The position numbers and the translations under genes were made by a program. The notes below the pieces were generated by a model that did not search any database, was not told the origin of the DNA, and worked only from the letters and a program-made list of their open reading frames with translations. Positions 39,026 to 49,721 of a stretch of 64,000 bases of DNA are shown piece after piece. Location: positions 5,947 through 69,946 of the forward strand of contig SORT01000002.1 in NCBI GenBank assembly GCA_004402895.1. Direction: 5' to 3'. This DNA comes from Fidelibacterota bacterium MT.SAG.3. Its GTDB lineage: Bacteria; Fidelibacterota; SORT01. Position 1 is the first letter of the stretch. Each line of letters opens with the position of its first letter.

Positions 39026-39943
39026 ATGCCCGCTAAAAACAAAATAATGATCTTAGGATGCGGCGGCATGCTTGGAGAAGCTTTCTATAACACATTTAAA
39101 GGCGATTATGATATTCGAGCGTCAGATATTGACGTAAATGAATCCTGGTTGACTGAGCTGGATGTCAGAAATTACGATGCGATAAGGCAAGATGCTTTAA
39201 AGTTTAAACCGGAATTTATAATTAATCTTGCCGCTTATACAGATCTTGAATTTTGTGAAAATAACCCAGATGAGACATTTCTCACCAATACAAACGGTGC
39301 AGAAAATGGAGCGCGAATTTCAGAAGAGATGGGCAGTACTTATGTATTCATTTCAACCGCGGGTATCTTTGATGGTAACAAGGATATTTACAACGACCAT
39401 GATATTCCCTCACCGCTCAGTGTTTACGGGAAATCGAAATATCGCGCCGAACTTTCAATAAAAGATATTTGTACAAAATATTTTATTTTTCGTGCCGGCT
39501 GGATGATGGGAGGAGGTCAGAAAGACAAAAAATTCGTTCATAAGATCATAAAACAACTTATAGAGGGTAAAAAAGAGCTTTATGTTGTCAACGACCTAAA
39601 AGGTTCCCCTACTTATACGTATGACTTTGCTGAAAACACGAAGGAAATGATCGCTACAAAGTTTTACGGGCTTTACAATATGACTTGTGAGGGCGGTCCC
39701 TCCCGTTATGAAGTGGCTGCGGAGATGCTGAAAATATTCGATTTACAGAATAGAATTGAACTGATAGAGGTCAAATCCGATCATTTCAGCCAAGAGTATT
39801 TTGCTCCACGTCCTGAATCGGAAGTATTGGACAACCTTAAATTAAAAACGATAAATCTTGATAATATGAGAGCCTGGGATCTTAGTTTGAAGGAGTACCT
39901 TGAGAAGGATTGGGCTCAAATTGTTAAAGAGAAAGTGTCGTAA
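39026..39943 (+). CDS. RfbD/RmlD-like extended SDR (dTDP-sugar reductase family)
   Basis: GCGGMLG, NLAAYT, IST, YGKSK, GSPTY. Confidence 0.85.
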   Translation: MPAKNKIMILGCGGMLGEAFYNTFKGDYDIRASDIDVNESWLTELDVRNYDAIRQDALKFKPEFIINLAAYTDLEFCENNPDETFLTNTNGAENGARISEEMGSTYVFISTAGIFDGNKDIYNDHDIPSPLSVYGKSKYRAELSIKDICTKYFIFRAGWMMGGGQKDKKFVHKIIKQLIEGKKELYVVNDLKGSPTYTYDFAENTKEMIATKFYGLYNMTCEGGPSRYEVAAEMLKIFDLQNRIELIEVKSDHFSQEYFAPRPESEVLDNLKLKTINLDNMRAWDLSLKEYLEKDWAQIVKEKVS

Positions 39944-39970
39944 CATCCTAAAATCCAAATTAAAGATCAA

Positions 39971-41428
39971 TTGAGAGAATCTTACGATTATATAATATTA
40001 GGGGCTGGGGTCGCCGGTCTCTCCTTCGCTCACGAAGTTGCAAAAAATGGTAATAGCGTCCTGATTCTTGAAAAAGCTAAGGTCATCGGCGGTCTCTCTC
40101 AAACACTCGAATATAAGGGATTTCTGTTCGATTATTGCGCTCACAGATTTCATACCGCTGACAAAGAATTACTCGATGAAGTAAAAAATATTGTCGGCTC
40201 CAATTTTACCAGGCATATTCAGAAGAGTCGCATGTATATGTTCGGCAGGTTTCTGAAATATCCATTCGAACTACAAAATCTGCTCAGGGCGATGAAACTC
40301 ACACAAGCTATGAGGGCGGTATTTTCTTTCGGTTTGAAATTTATTATCCGTCAGCTCCGAGCTCTGCTAAATATGGAGCGAACCGATTTTAAAAGCTACA
40401 AAGATTGGTTTGTTCATTATTTCGGCAATACACTTTATTCGATCATGTGTGAACCCTACACCACGAAAATATGGAAAACTAATCCGGGCAATATTTCTGC
40501 CGATTGGGCAGATCAGAGGTTTCAAGGCACAAAATTGGTAAAACTCTTTAAAAGGATCATCGTAAAATTGCTGAAATTGGACTTTTCTTCCTATTCACTC
40601 GAAGATGACAGTTTGGCACCTGACGGCGGAGAATTTTATTATGGTGAGACAGGCGCGCAAGATATCCCCCATGGATTCGAAAGAGAACTGAAGAAATTAG
40701 ACTCTGAAATTCTCACAAAAGTGGTCATTTCTAAAATTATTGAAAATGAAAAGGCGGTCGAATTCACAATGAGTGGAAGTGAAGAGTCTGTTCACAAAGT
40801 TGCCGCTAAAAAATCAATTATCAGCACCATCCCGCTGCATGACTGTTATGATTATGTAGATCGCGATAAGAAAGAAGTCAAAGAAAGTCTTGATAGCCTG
40901 AAATATATGGACATCATCTTCGTATATTTATTGATTGATAAAGAACAGGTGAGTAACGATCATTGGTTATATTTCCCTGACGAAGATATAATATTCAATC
41001 GGTCGGTCGAATTTAAATCCTGGTCCAAAAAGATGACGCCGGAGGGGAAAACCGCTATATGCCTTGATATTACATGCTTCGAGGGTGATGATACTTGGAA
41101 TAAATCTAATCAATCACTTATTGAAGAATGCATCGGTTCATCGGTTAAAGTTGGGTTGATTGAGGAGAGTGAAGTCTTCGATTCACTTGTAATACGAGTC
41201 AAAGACGCCTACCCCTTTTACGATTTGAACTACAAGAGCAAATTACTGAAAATCGTTACTTTCTTAGAGGATAAGAATGTAGTTCATTGTCTCGGAAGAA
41301 CAGGTATTTTTAGGTATAATAATTCTGACGGCTCAATCGAAATGGGGATTCAATTAGCAAAAAAACTTATTGCTGACGAATCTGGCGCTACTGCTCTTGA
41401 TTACGAGATTAAAGAGATCAGTTACTAA
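39971..41428 (+). CDS. FAD-dependent oxidoreductase (UDP-galactopyranose mutase/HemY-like, glycan-cluster type)
   Basis: IILGAGVAGL, GGLS, HRF, WLYFP, GRTGIFRYNN. Confidence 0.8.
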   Translation: MRESYDYIILGAGVAGLSFAHEVAKNGNSVLILEKAKVIGGLSQTLEYKGFLFDYCAHRFHTADKELLDEVKNIVGSNFTRHIQKSRMYMFGRFLKYPFELQNLLRAMKLTQAMRAVFSFGLKFIIRQLRALLNMERTDFKSYKDWFVHYFGNTLYSIMCEPYTTKIWKTNPGNISADWADQRFQGTKLVKLFKRIIVKLLKLDFSSYSLEDDSLAPDGGEFYYGETGAQDIPHGFERELKKLDSEILTKVVISKIIENEKAVEFTMSGSEESVHKVAAKKSIISTIPLHDCYDYVDRDKKEVKESLDSLKYMDIIFVYLLIDKEQVSNDHWLYFPDEDIIFNRSVEFKSWSKKMTPEGKTAICLDITCFEGDDTWNKSNQSLIEECIGSSVKVGLIEESEVFDSLVIRVKDAYPFYDLNYKSKLLKIVTFLEDKNVVHCLGRTGIFRYNNSDGSIEMGIQLAKKLIADESGATALDYEIKEISY

Positions 41429-41563
41429 TAGTATTGCTATCTGTCCGTTATGGTACGTACTACCCTTGCCTGTTGTTCCTCACCCCATCTATTACTATCC
41501 ATATTATGTTTTGTTTTTTATTAACCAGGTAAATGTAATTTAAATTCCTTCACTATAATATAC

Positions 41564-42202
41564 TTAATTTTCATCATTTAGAATTTTTATTAGTTGGTTT
41601 ACTACCCTATTTGATTTCAGAGACTTTGAAAGTAAACTTGCATCTAATTCCCCACTGTAGGTGTCATATTTCAATATTGATGGACGTCCTCCATTGGGCA
41701 AGATATCTTCTTCCACAGGTTCAGCTAAATCAACGGTACTTTGATATGAATGCCAGCTGTCTGCTTCATCGAAAGTATTGTTTGAAGATAAATTCCTTTT
41801 ATCAAGCCTTCGGCGAATTTCGTTTTCATCTTCGCATACTACTTGCAAAATGCAAATAGGGACAGATTCTGCCAGAGCAAAGTCATACACTGCTGTTCTC
41901 TGTTTCCGAAAACTGAAAGTTCCATCGAGAATTGCGTTATCACCAACGGAGATCTCTTTTTTTGCCCTTTCAAGCATTTCATTATACACGACAGGGGATA
42001 CTACGTCAACAAAAACTGAATCTGATAGAATAAAATTATATGCACCCAAGGATTTATTAGATTTATCGGGCTGTAGATTCATCTCCTTACGAACTGCAGC
42101 GGAATGGAATACTTTTGTATTGGGGATACGGTCAGCTATCTTTTGGGCAACATAGCTTTTGCCTGTTGCCGTAAAGCCATTCATTATTATTAGTAGACAC
42201 AT
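41564..42202 (-). CDS. P-loop small-molecule kinase (AAA_33-like)
   Basis: GFTATGKS Walker A; ILDGTF; lid motif RRRLDKR. Confidence 0.75.
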   Translation of the reverse strand: MCLLIIMNGFTATGKSYVAQKIADRIPNTKVFHSAAVRKEMNLQPDKSNKSLGAYNFILSDSVFVDVVSPVVYNEMLERAKKEISVGDNAILDGTFSFRKQRTAVYDFALAESVPICILQVVCEDENEIRRRLDKRNLSSNNTFDEADSWHSYQSTVDLAEPVEEDILPNGGRPSILKYDTYSGELDASLLSKSLKSNRVVNQLIKILNDEN

Positions 42203-42216
42203 TGCATACAGGAATT

Positions 42217-42402
42217 TTAAACCACAATTTTATCTGTTGGATAATTCAGAAACTTAATAGAGTAATCAATAACTTCATTATTATGGGTCAAAATACCGTG
42301 TGCATCTCCGGGATACAGACCGGGTGGAGTAATAACAAGTTTCTTAATTACATAGCCACCTATATCCTCAACTGGGATTTCATCTCTACGATTTATATTC
42401 AT
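42217..42402 (-). pseudogene. Internally deleted cupin
   Basis: N-terminus (GYVIKKL) and C-terminus (PGDAHGI...IKF...TDKIVV) resemble the neighbouring cupins, but the central motif-1 region is missing. Confidence 0.5.
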
Positions 42403-42592
42403 ATTTTCCCCTGTAATTATCAAAGTGTTTCATGGTTCCTATTAGCATCTGAGATGAAGGGAAGTTTGATTAGTTAATTAAATTCCTATATGCGATCGTC
42501 CGGTGTAGTTGACGTTTGTTTTCTAAACCGGAGTTCGCATCCAAATTTTATTTCTTTGAGTTCATTCGAGTAAGTACCACTCCTGATACGAT

Positions 42593-42949
42593 TCATTCGT
42601 TTTTGGCGCTGACCTTATCATTTGATGCCGGCATCTTTACTGCAAGATGAATTGTTTTCACACTTTCGCCACTATAACCGTGTCGTTCACCGGGCTGAAG
42701 TAGCACACCATCCCAGGGTTCCATTTGAATAGTCTCTCCTTCAACGGTAATTTTACCTCCTTCGGGAAACCAAATTATTTCCTCCGATTCAGAATGATAA
42801 TGATCATCAAATTTACCATTTGGAAGATCTGAATGATAAAATATAATACTATCCACAGGAGTTTTAAATTTATGTTCAAGAAGAACTCTGCTTACTCGTC
42901 CATAAGGTCTCTCGAATTTTTCTCCTTCACTAAATTTTAATATTTTCAT
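42593..42949 (-). CDS. Cupin domain protein
   Basis: HYHSESEE and LQPGERH metal-binding motifs. Confidence 0.85.
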   Translation of the reverse strand: MKILKFSEGEKFERPYGRVSRVLLEHKFKTPVDSIIFYHSDLPNGKFDDHYHSESEEIIWFPEGGKITVEGETIQMEPWDGVLLQPGERHGYSGESVKTIHLAVKMPASNDKVSAKNE

Positions 42950-43473
42950 GTTCTAATTCCTATTCCACAATTACATTGTCTTTGCCATAAGGATATTTAA
43001 TAGCTATCAAATTTATGTACGTTTCAGCTTTGAATGAATACTCATTGAACTTCCAATCTACAAAGGAAGAAGGTTTAATTAAAAGAAAGAGTTACCGACA
43101 TCCTCTTTAATCCATCATTTATTGAGTAATCTAAACATTGTTTCTTTAATTTAGGGTATAAATTAATTTAAATCAAATGGAATTTCTTAGCCTTTTACTT
43201 CTTCGAGATTATCATTGCCAATCAATGCTAATGAAGCTCATTTTTCTCTCTAATCTCAACGAATCTTTGATATATAATCGGTAGAGAAAAAGTTTTGCTT
43301 GACATTCAAATATCCAACTTATAGCTTTTATTTGTGTTATTAAGCATAATGTTAACAACTTTGCACCGTATATATTGGATTGGATTTTACACAGTTTTAT
43401 TGCCAAAATAAATTGGGGATTATCCCCTTCGCATATCCCTATTAAAAAGTAATTTTATGAATAAGGATTATAA

Positions 43474-45225
43474 ATGCATGCTGTGATTTTAGCCGCGGGT
43501 CAGGGAACTCGGTTAAATAAAAATCTCCCAAAATGCCTAATTGAGATCAACGGAGTGACTTTGGTAGAGCGTCAGGTCGCTATCTTTAAATCGGTAGGGA
43601 TCAAGAACATTACCGTAGTCATCGGGAACGGTGGAGTTTGGACTCCCGAACATCATAAGTTAATTAATAATATCAAGGGCATAATTGTAATCATTAATGA
43701 AAGATCGATTGGAACTCAAAGCCCTTACAGCCTATATCTCGGTATCAAGGACATCAATGATTCAATCATTGTGATCGACGGAGACATTGTTCTCGAAGAG
43801 AGCACTATCAAGGCATTATCAGAAATCGAAGATAAATCAATATTATTAGCCAAGTGGAATGAGGATGGGACTGGAAGTAAAGTTATTTTTGAAGAAAATA
43901 AGAAAAAGAGCTACATCTTAACCCAAATGAGTGATCAGATAATATCCGAATATGTTTACGCAGGTGTCATCAGGATTGACATTAAAATCATCAACCTCCT
44001 AAGAGAAATCTTAGGTAAAGGAAAATTCGACAATGAACAACTTGAAATGCCTATCTCTGAATTGCTCAATCATACTCGCATAGAATGCATTAAATTGCTG
44101 AGCAATTATGAAGGCAACGAGTTGCTTGAATTGGCTGTCATGGCGGGCGGATCTTATTCTAAGACGAGCAAAGTGCTTAAAGGGAAGAATAAATTACCGA
44201 TGATTCGTAAAGAAATTACTCCACAAGGTGAGAGTAAACTTATTGACGAAATTGAATGGATCACCAACCTTCCCGATCCGGTAAAGAAACACTTTCCGGT
44301 TATTATTTCACAAAATATAAACTTGGAACCCACTTATTACGAGATGCCATGCTACTCATTCCCCACTTTACGCACATTATTAATGGATGGAGAGATTAAT
44401 TCCGGTGAAGCTCTTCAATATCTTACCAAAATATTTGATTTTGTCTTTAAAGAACTCTACACAGAAAAACAACCAATTCGCAGAAATTATATTAAAGAAA
44501 TCCACCTCCGTAAAATTTTTACTCGGTTGCATGAAACCAAAAATATGGTTTATTCGTTTCGAGAGTTGATAGACGCTGAGCAATTGATAATCAATGGAAA
44601 GGAATACACTAATATTTTACCGATAATAAGTCAGATCAGCCAGAACGGTAAAATCATCAACTTGATCTCACCAACCTCGGCTTCTCGTACTCACGGCGAT
44701 TTACATTTTGACAATATTTTGATTAATCGCGAAAAAGATGATTTTATACTGGTCGACCCAAGAGGGAATTTTGACTATGACATCACTTACGATTTAGGAA
44801 AAATATGGCATTCTTGTCACGGGCTATATGATTTCATCCATTCTGGTAAATTCACAATTGAAAGGGACGGATTAAAATTAGATTACAGGTTTGAGGAGAG
44901 CGATTCTCTAAAAGAATACAATATCGTATTACAGTCACTTCCATCTTTACTAATTGACTATGATGAAATCAAAAACGATGATTCTTGGTTAATTAAGACT
45001 CTTTTCAGCGAGGCATCTCATTTCGCCAGCGTTGCGCCTTTTCATATAAAAATGGATGGAAATGAGAATTTAGCTATCCTGTGTTACATCCGCGGTGTTG
45101 AACTGATGAACGATTTTTATGAGTTAGCCTTAGAGAAAGTTAAGTCCGAACAGGTAATTGAAGGTCATCTAATTAATGTGAATACTTCTGAAGATTTTCA
45201 GATAGCGCAAATTAAATTTAAATGA
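43474..45225 (+). CDS. Nucleotidyltransferase (LicC-like) fused with APH/choline-kinase-like phosphotransferase
   Basis: ILAAGQGTRL..PKCL, DGDI; HGDLHFDNIL, DPRG, YDLGK; terminal INVNTSEDF. Confidence 0.85.
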   Translation: MHAVILAAGQGTRLNKNLPKCLIEINGVTLVERQVAIFKSVGIKNITVVIGNGGVWTPEHHKLINNIKGIIVIINERSIGTQSPYSLYLGIKDINDSIIVIDGDIVLEESTIKALSEIEDKSILLAKWNEDGTGSKVIFEENKKKSYILTQMSDQIISEYVYAGVIRIDIKIINLLREILGKGKFDNEQLEMPISELLNHTRIECIKLLSNYEGNELLELAVMAGGSYSKTSKVLKGKNKLPMIRKEITPQGESKLIDEIEWITNLPDPVKKHFPVIISQNINLEPTYYEMPCYSFPTLRTLLMDGEINSGEALQYLTKIFDFVFKELYTEKQPIRRNYIKEIHLRKIFTRLHETKNMVYSFRELIDAEQLIINGKEYTNILPIISQISQNGKIINLISPTSASRTHGDLHFDNILINREKDDFILVDPRGNFDYDITYDLGKIWHSCHGLYDFIHSGKFTIERDGLKLDYRFEESDSLKEYNIVLQSLPSLLIDYDEIKNDDSWLIKTLFSEASHFASVAPFHIKMDGNENLAILCYIRGVELMNDFYELALEKVKSEQVIEGHLINVNTSEDFQIAQIKFK

Positions 45226-46097
45226 AAATATTGTTGACAGGCGGGAGTTCGTTTTTAGGGAAAAAAACGCTTTCGCTAATCTCCGATAGTTTTAATGTTA
45301 TAGGCACTTTCAATAGTAAAAGATCGGAGAAACTGATACACTTGGATTTATCAGATATTGCTCAGATATCTAAGATATTTAATGAAATATTGCCTGATGT
45401 AGTTCTCCATCTCGCCTCAATAACCGACCTTTCTATTTGCGAAAATAATCAAGAGATGGCTAAAATTGTTAACTCAATTGCAACATTGGAATTAGCCAGA
45501 ATGTGTGACTTAAACAATGCCAGAATGATTTATATCTCTTCTGATTATGTTTTTAGCGGTAATGATGGACCATATGATGAACATGCCAAACCCGGTCCTT
45601 TAAGTTATTACGGCCAATCGAAACTCGGTGGGGAAGAAATTCTTTCAATCTTGAACAATTCAGTTGTCTGTAGAATCCCCATTCTTTATGGATTTAATGA
45701 CCAAGATGATAAGGAGACATTTGTATCACAAGTTTTAAGAAAAACCGATAATAAAGAGAAGTTCAGGGTTGACAACCATAGGATCAAATACCCTGTACTA
45801 ATTGACGATGTCGCCATCTTCATCAAAACGTTGGTGGAAAGTACCGAAACGGGGATTTTTCATCTCTCAAGTAAACTTCCCTTAACCAGATATGATTGGG
45901 CATTGAAAATTGCTGAAACTTTTGACATTCCTGCCACACTCATTAAAAAAGATGACGAACTTGAAAAAGATGCATTCCCGCCTAGACCAGTGGATGTTGA
46001 CTTACTGAATACTAGACATGATTTTGTATTTCGTTCAGTAGATGAAGGACTCCGCATTATCAAAGAACAAATGGGTAATAAAAGTCACTTGAATTAA
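45222..46097 (+). CDS. RfbD/RmlD-like extended SDR, second copy
   Basis: GGSSFLG, ISSDYVF, YGQSK, PRP. Confidence 0.85.
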   Translation: MKILLTGGSSFLGKKTLSLISDSFNVIGTFNSKRSEKLIHLDLSDIAQISKIFNEILPDVVLHLASITDLSICENNQEMAKIVNSIATLELARMCDLNNARMIYISSDYVFSGNDGPYDEHAKPGPLSYYGQSKLGGEEILSILNNSVVCRIPILYGFNDQDDKETFVSQVLRKTDNKEKFRVDNHRIKYPVLIDDVAIFIKTLVESTETGIFHLSSKLPLTRYDWALKIAETFDIPATLIKKDDELEKDAFPPRPVDVDLLNTRHDFVFRSVDEGLRIIKEQMGNKSHLN

Positions 46098-46124
46098 CCG
46101 GCAAAATAGGAGATTGAGATACAA

Positions 46125-46487
46125 TTGAAATTATTACTTTCAGAAAATATCAAAAAGGATCACAGGGATGATGGTAGGGTAATACAAAAGTTATTTTCGG
46201 GAAAATTAGCGGAAAATTTTAATAGTTTTGCTATTTATGTAGTTGAGATACCAGCAGGAACGTATGTTCCTATCGTTTATCATACTAAATCAGTTAAGCT
46301 TTATTACTTTATTACATCGGGTAGTGTGTCAATCAACGGTGATAATTATAAATTTTCACCAGAAGATGCTGTGCTCATTGAGCCAGGTGAACCCCATGCT
46401 ATCCTGACAGAGTCAGATACTAAACTTTTTGAGGTGAAGATTCCCGATGAATCTGATAAAATTGTTTTGCAGGAAGATGACGGTTGA
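46125..46487 (+). CDS. Cupin domain protein (partly degenerate metal site)
   Basis: VYHTKSVK replaces HxHxxxE; IEPGEPH retained. Confidence 0.7.
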   Translation: MKLLLSENIKKDHRDDGRVIQKLFSGKLAENFNSFAIYVVEIPAGTYVPIVYHTKSVKLYYFITSGSVSINGDNYKFSPEDAVLIEPGEPHAILTESDTKLFEVKIPDESDKIVLQEDDG

Positions 46488-46517
46488 ACTGATTGACTTG
46501 ATAATTTAGAGAATATT

Positions 46518-46652
46518 CTAAAAAGTTCTATTCAGAATCAACAATCCTGTCTTGGATGTTACCTTCCGCTCGTAGATGTCAGAAATAAAATACTTCAGTT
46601 TAACGCTTTGTAACCTTGTCCCTTGCCCTGCAGCTAAGATTATTGCTCTCAT
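46518..46652 (-). pseudogene. N-terminal remnant of a nucleotidyltransferase
   Basis: MRAIILAAGQGTRLQ then unrelated sequence, stop after 44 aa. Confidence 0.7.
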
Positions 46653-46679
46653 TGTTTTATTTAAAGGATTTATTAACGA

Positions 46680-46851
46680 TTAAATGGATAATTGAGCTAC
46701 AGGAATATTCTCTTCAGATTCAAAATAAATCTTTAAACGCTCGGCGAATGACACAGAAGGTTCATACCCAAGTATAGCACGGGCTTTGGATATATCAGCC
46801 AATGAATGTTTCACGTCTCCCTGCCTCGTTTCTCCGAAGATAGGCTCAATC
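46680..46851 (-). pseudogene. C-terminal remnant of an NAD-dependent sugar epimerase
   Basis: IEPIFGETRQGDVKHSLADISKARAILGYEPSVSF...*, truncated at the 99-bp repeat. Confidence 0.8.
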
Positions 46852-47642
46852 GAAATGGGGATTCAATTAGCAAAAAAACTTATTGCTGACGAATCAGACG
46901 CTACTGCTCTTGATTACGAAGTAAAAGAGATCAGTTATTAAGGATCGTAAATCGGCATAATTAATTAGGCTGGTTTAATCAGAATTACCATGAATCTCCT
47001 TCTTCAAAAAATAATATTGATGTAAGAAGTCAGTTTAATAAATAACTAAAATAGTTTGTAGGCCAATGGACTTCTACTGTCATTCCAAAATATATTAGCG
47101 AGTAAGAGGTATGAAGTAAATGATAAACTATGGGTTATCAAATTGTTAATAATATACTTGAAGCAATGGGTATATAGTAAAACAAATGAGAATTAATGGG
47201 AAAAACTGGACACATATTAACATTTGAGATAAATTATAAAATCTAATTATTATCAAATTACCCTAGTCCAGAATCAATGAAGGCTATTTACTCGAATATG
47301 AAAATCACTGTTCTTAATCTTTTCATCTGTGAATTAATGCATTGTTAAACAATTTTAATCCTAATATTGAAGATTTGATTTTATAGAATATTTGGAAATC
47401 GTGGCCATTTTAATTTTCCTAAATAATTTTTTTAAGAATCTATAAATTGATAAAACTAGTTAGGCTCAATTGAGTATTTTAAAACCTCCTCTCTGTAGAG
47501 ATATAAGAATTCAGTAAATTAATTTCGAATTCTTGTAGATGACAACCTTACTCTAACTATATCATGATATTTATATTCGCGTTTCTATGATGTTTACTAA
47601 AAAAGGGATAATTGATTTATCCCTTTTTCTACTTTCATTTAA

Positions 47643-48227
47643 TCAAGCAATCTTGAAGGAGATAGCCAGATCTTTTGGAATATCTAAAGAGACGGTTATC
47701 TCTCTTCCCACCCTTCTTAAACATTTGGAAATTCCAGAAGTTGAGCTATTAAATAGTGATGATAACTCTTTCACCTTATAACCTTGCATTCTTTTTATAA
47801 GAATCGAGCGGTCTCTTTCCGTTAATGTTGTCAGGAAGTTCTTAAAATCTATCCTAAACGCGATCATATCGGCTAAAGGTATGCTTCTCTTATGGAATGA
47901 ATCTATCAAAAGATCATCTGATCCTTCTGTTCCACCTAAGTGCAACACCCTGACATCATCATTATAGTATCTAATTTTTGAATACACATCTTTAGTACCG
48001 TTGTGTCCGTTATTTCCGAAAGGTCTTCGCTTTTCACTTCTGAATTCACCTGCCCGGTATTGCATGTTATTCACCAACTCTCCAAGAGATAGTTCATATC
48101 TTCGTGAAAAAGCTGAAGTATATGTTGTATATGATAGACAGAGAAGATCTTGCTTAAGATCCATATCTCCTCTCGATATTCTCTCAGCATGCCGTTCCAA
48201 ATGGGCGTACATATCCAGATACTCCAT
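47643..48227 (-). CDS. ECF-sigma-like / region-4 HTH protein
   Basis: AFRIDFKNFLTTLTERDRSIL...GYKVKELSSLFNSSTSGISK HTH; strong RBS GAGGAGG. Confidence 0.6.
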   Translation of the reverse strand: MEYLDMYAHLERHAERISRGDMDLKQDLLCLSYTTYTSAFSRRYELSLGELVNNMQYRAGEFRSEKRRPFGNNGHNGTKDVYSKIRYYNDDVRVLHLGGTEGSDDLLIDSFHKRSIPLADMIAFRIDFKNFLTTLTERDRSILIKRMQGYKVKELSSLFNSSTSGISKCLRRVGREITVSLDIPKDLAISFKIA

Positions 48228-48767
48228 GATTTGCCTCCTCTGTTTTTTATTATTGAATTGAGGAGGCGATTACACAGGTATTAGATGTTCCTATGCCTCC
48301 TTATAATGTTGGTATTCGCGGTTTGATCTATTGAACATGATTTAATCTGAGTTTTTTACGAATATCTAGGTTACGAGAATTTCATCTTCTCGTATGATTT
48401 CTACTTTATCTTCAAGTAATTTTGATCTGACCTAGCTCCATAGAAATGATCTTTGGATATCTTTTTGCAGTCTTCTATCTTCAGAATATCCATTTGTATG
48501 CTGAAACTTTTTTTGCAATTTACACCCAGACATAACATATCTTGGCAAACATTTCTGCCTCTTTATGAAATATGTAAATAGTGACTAGTTAACGAAATCA
48601 AGTCTAATAAATCTGTTTTTCTCTATTATACATATACGTAAAATCTACTGCTAATTTCACTATTTAAAGAGTTCTTTGCCTCCCTTTCAGCATCATCAGA
48701 AACTTACTGAGTTAGGTTACCTATAAGTATATTTAGATAAAGATTTGAATCAAAATTCTACTCTTAC

Positions 48768-49721
48768 TCATAAACGGGTGTTATTATTATACCACTCTAC
48801 ATATTTTTTAAGCCCTTCTCGCACCGAAGTTTCCGGCGCATAATCAAGAAGCTGCTTTGCCTTGTCGATGTTCGCGAATGTTTTATCTACATCTCCCGGT
48901 TGCATCGGCAAATTTTCAGTGATCAGCTCACAACCTGTCGACTCCCCAATAAGTTCAAGAAGTCTGTTCAAATCTACCGTTTCCGATTCACCTATATTAA
49001 TAATCTCAAAATCGAGATCTCTCTCAACCGCCGCTGCTATTCCCTGAATTATATCATCTATATAAGTAAAATCCCTGCGGGAATTGCCGTCTCCATAAAT
49101 TGAAATAAGATCCCCGTCATAAGCCTTCTTCACAAATTTTGCTATCGCCATTTCGGGACGTTGTCTCGGACCATATACGGTGAAAAACCGTAAGCAAGTC
49201 GCCGAAATTTTGTAAAGATGCCAATAGTTATAGCAGAGAAGTTCGGCAGCTATCTTGGTGGCGGCATATGGGGAGATCGGATTATTTACATTCATCGTTT
49301 CCTTGTAAGGAACATCAGGCGAATTCCCATAAACTGAAGATGATGACGCTAAAACCAACCTCCTGATATTATTTTTCTTCATCATCTCCAATATATTAAG
49401 CGTTCCGAGCACATTTACCCGATTATATCCGAGTGGATCCTCAATCGACGGTCTGACACCCGCCTTTGCCGCCAAGTGAACGACTACCTCAAAAGTATGT
49501 TCATTGAACACCTTCTTAATAGCCTCTGTTTCCGTAATATCGCCTTCTATCAATTCGAATAAATCATGGGAAATTGAAGATTTTAAGTTCTTCTCTTTAA
49601 CAGCGCGATCATAGAAAGGATCGAAATTATCAAATCCCACCACCATGTTTCCCTCTTCTAATAACCGTTCACTAAGATGCGAACCGATAAATCCGGCTGC
49701 TCCTGTAACAAGTATCTTCAA
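48768..49721 (-). CDS. NAD-dependent epimerase (UDP-glucuronate 4-epimerase-like)
   Basis: GAAGFIG, HLAAKAGVRPS, SSSSVYG, YAATK, RFFTVYGP.QRPEMA. Confidence 0.92.
   Translation of the reverse strand: MKILVTGAAGFIGSHLSERLLEEGNMVVGFDNFDPFYDRAVKEKNLKSSISHDLFELIEGDITETEAIKKVFNEHTFEVVVHLAAKAGVRPSIEDPLGYNRVNVLGTLNILEMMKKNNIRRLVLASSSSVYGNSPDVPYKETMNVNNPISPYAATKIAAELLCYNYWHLYKISATCLRFFTVYGPRQRPEMAIAKFVKKAYDGDLISIYGDGNSRRDFTYIDDIIQGIAAAVERDLDFEIINIGESETVDLNRLLELIGESTGCELITENLPMQPGDVDKTFANIDKAKQLLDYAPETSVREGLKKYVEWYNNNTRL

Larger units (their letters stand above)
41330..46941. repeat. 99-bp direct repeat (41330-41428 and 46843-46941; 6 mismatches)
   Basis: ggctcaatcgaaatggggattcaattagcaaaaaaacttattgctgacgaatc...aaagagatcagttaYtaa; duplicates the 3' end of the FAD oxidoreductase gene. 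Confidence 0.92.

Noticed and set aside
41330-46941. Diversity-generating retroelement VR/TR pair
   Set aside because: Four of six mismatches have A in the second copy, but two do not; changes are mostly synonymous or conservative; there is no reverse transcriptase in the window; the target is not a CLec/Ig-fold protein
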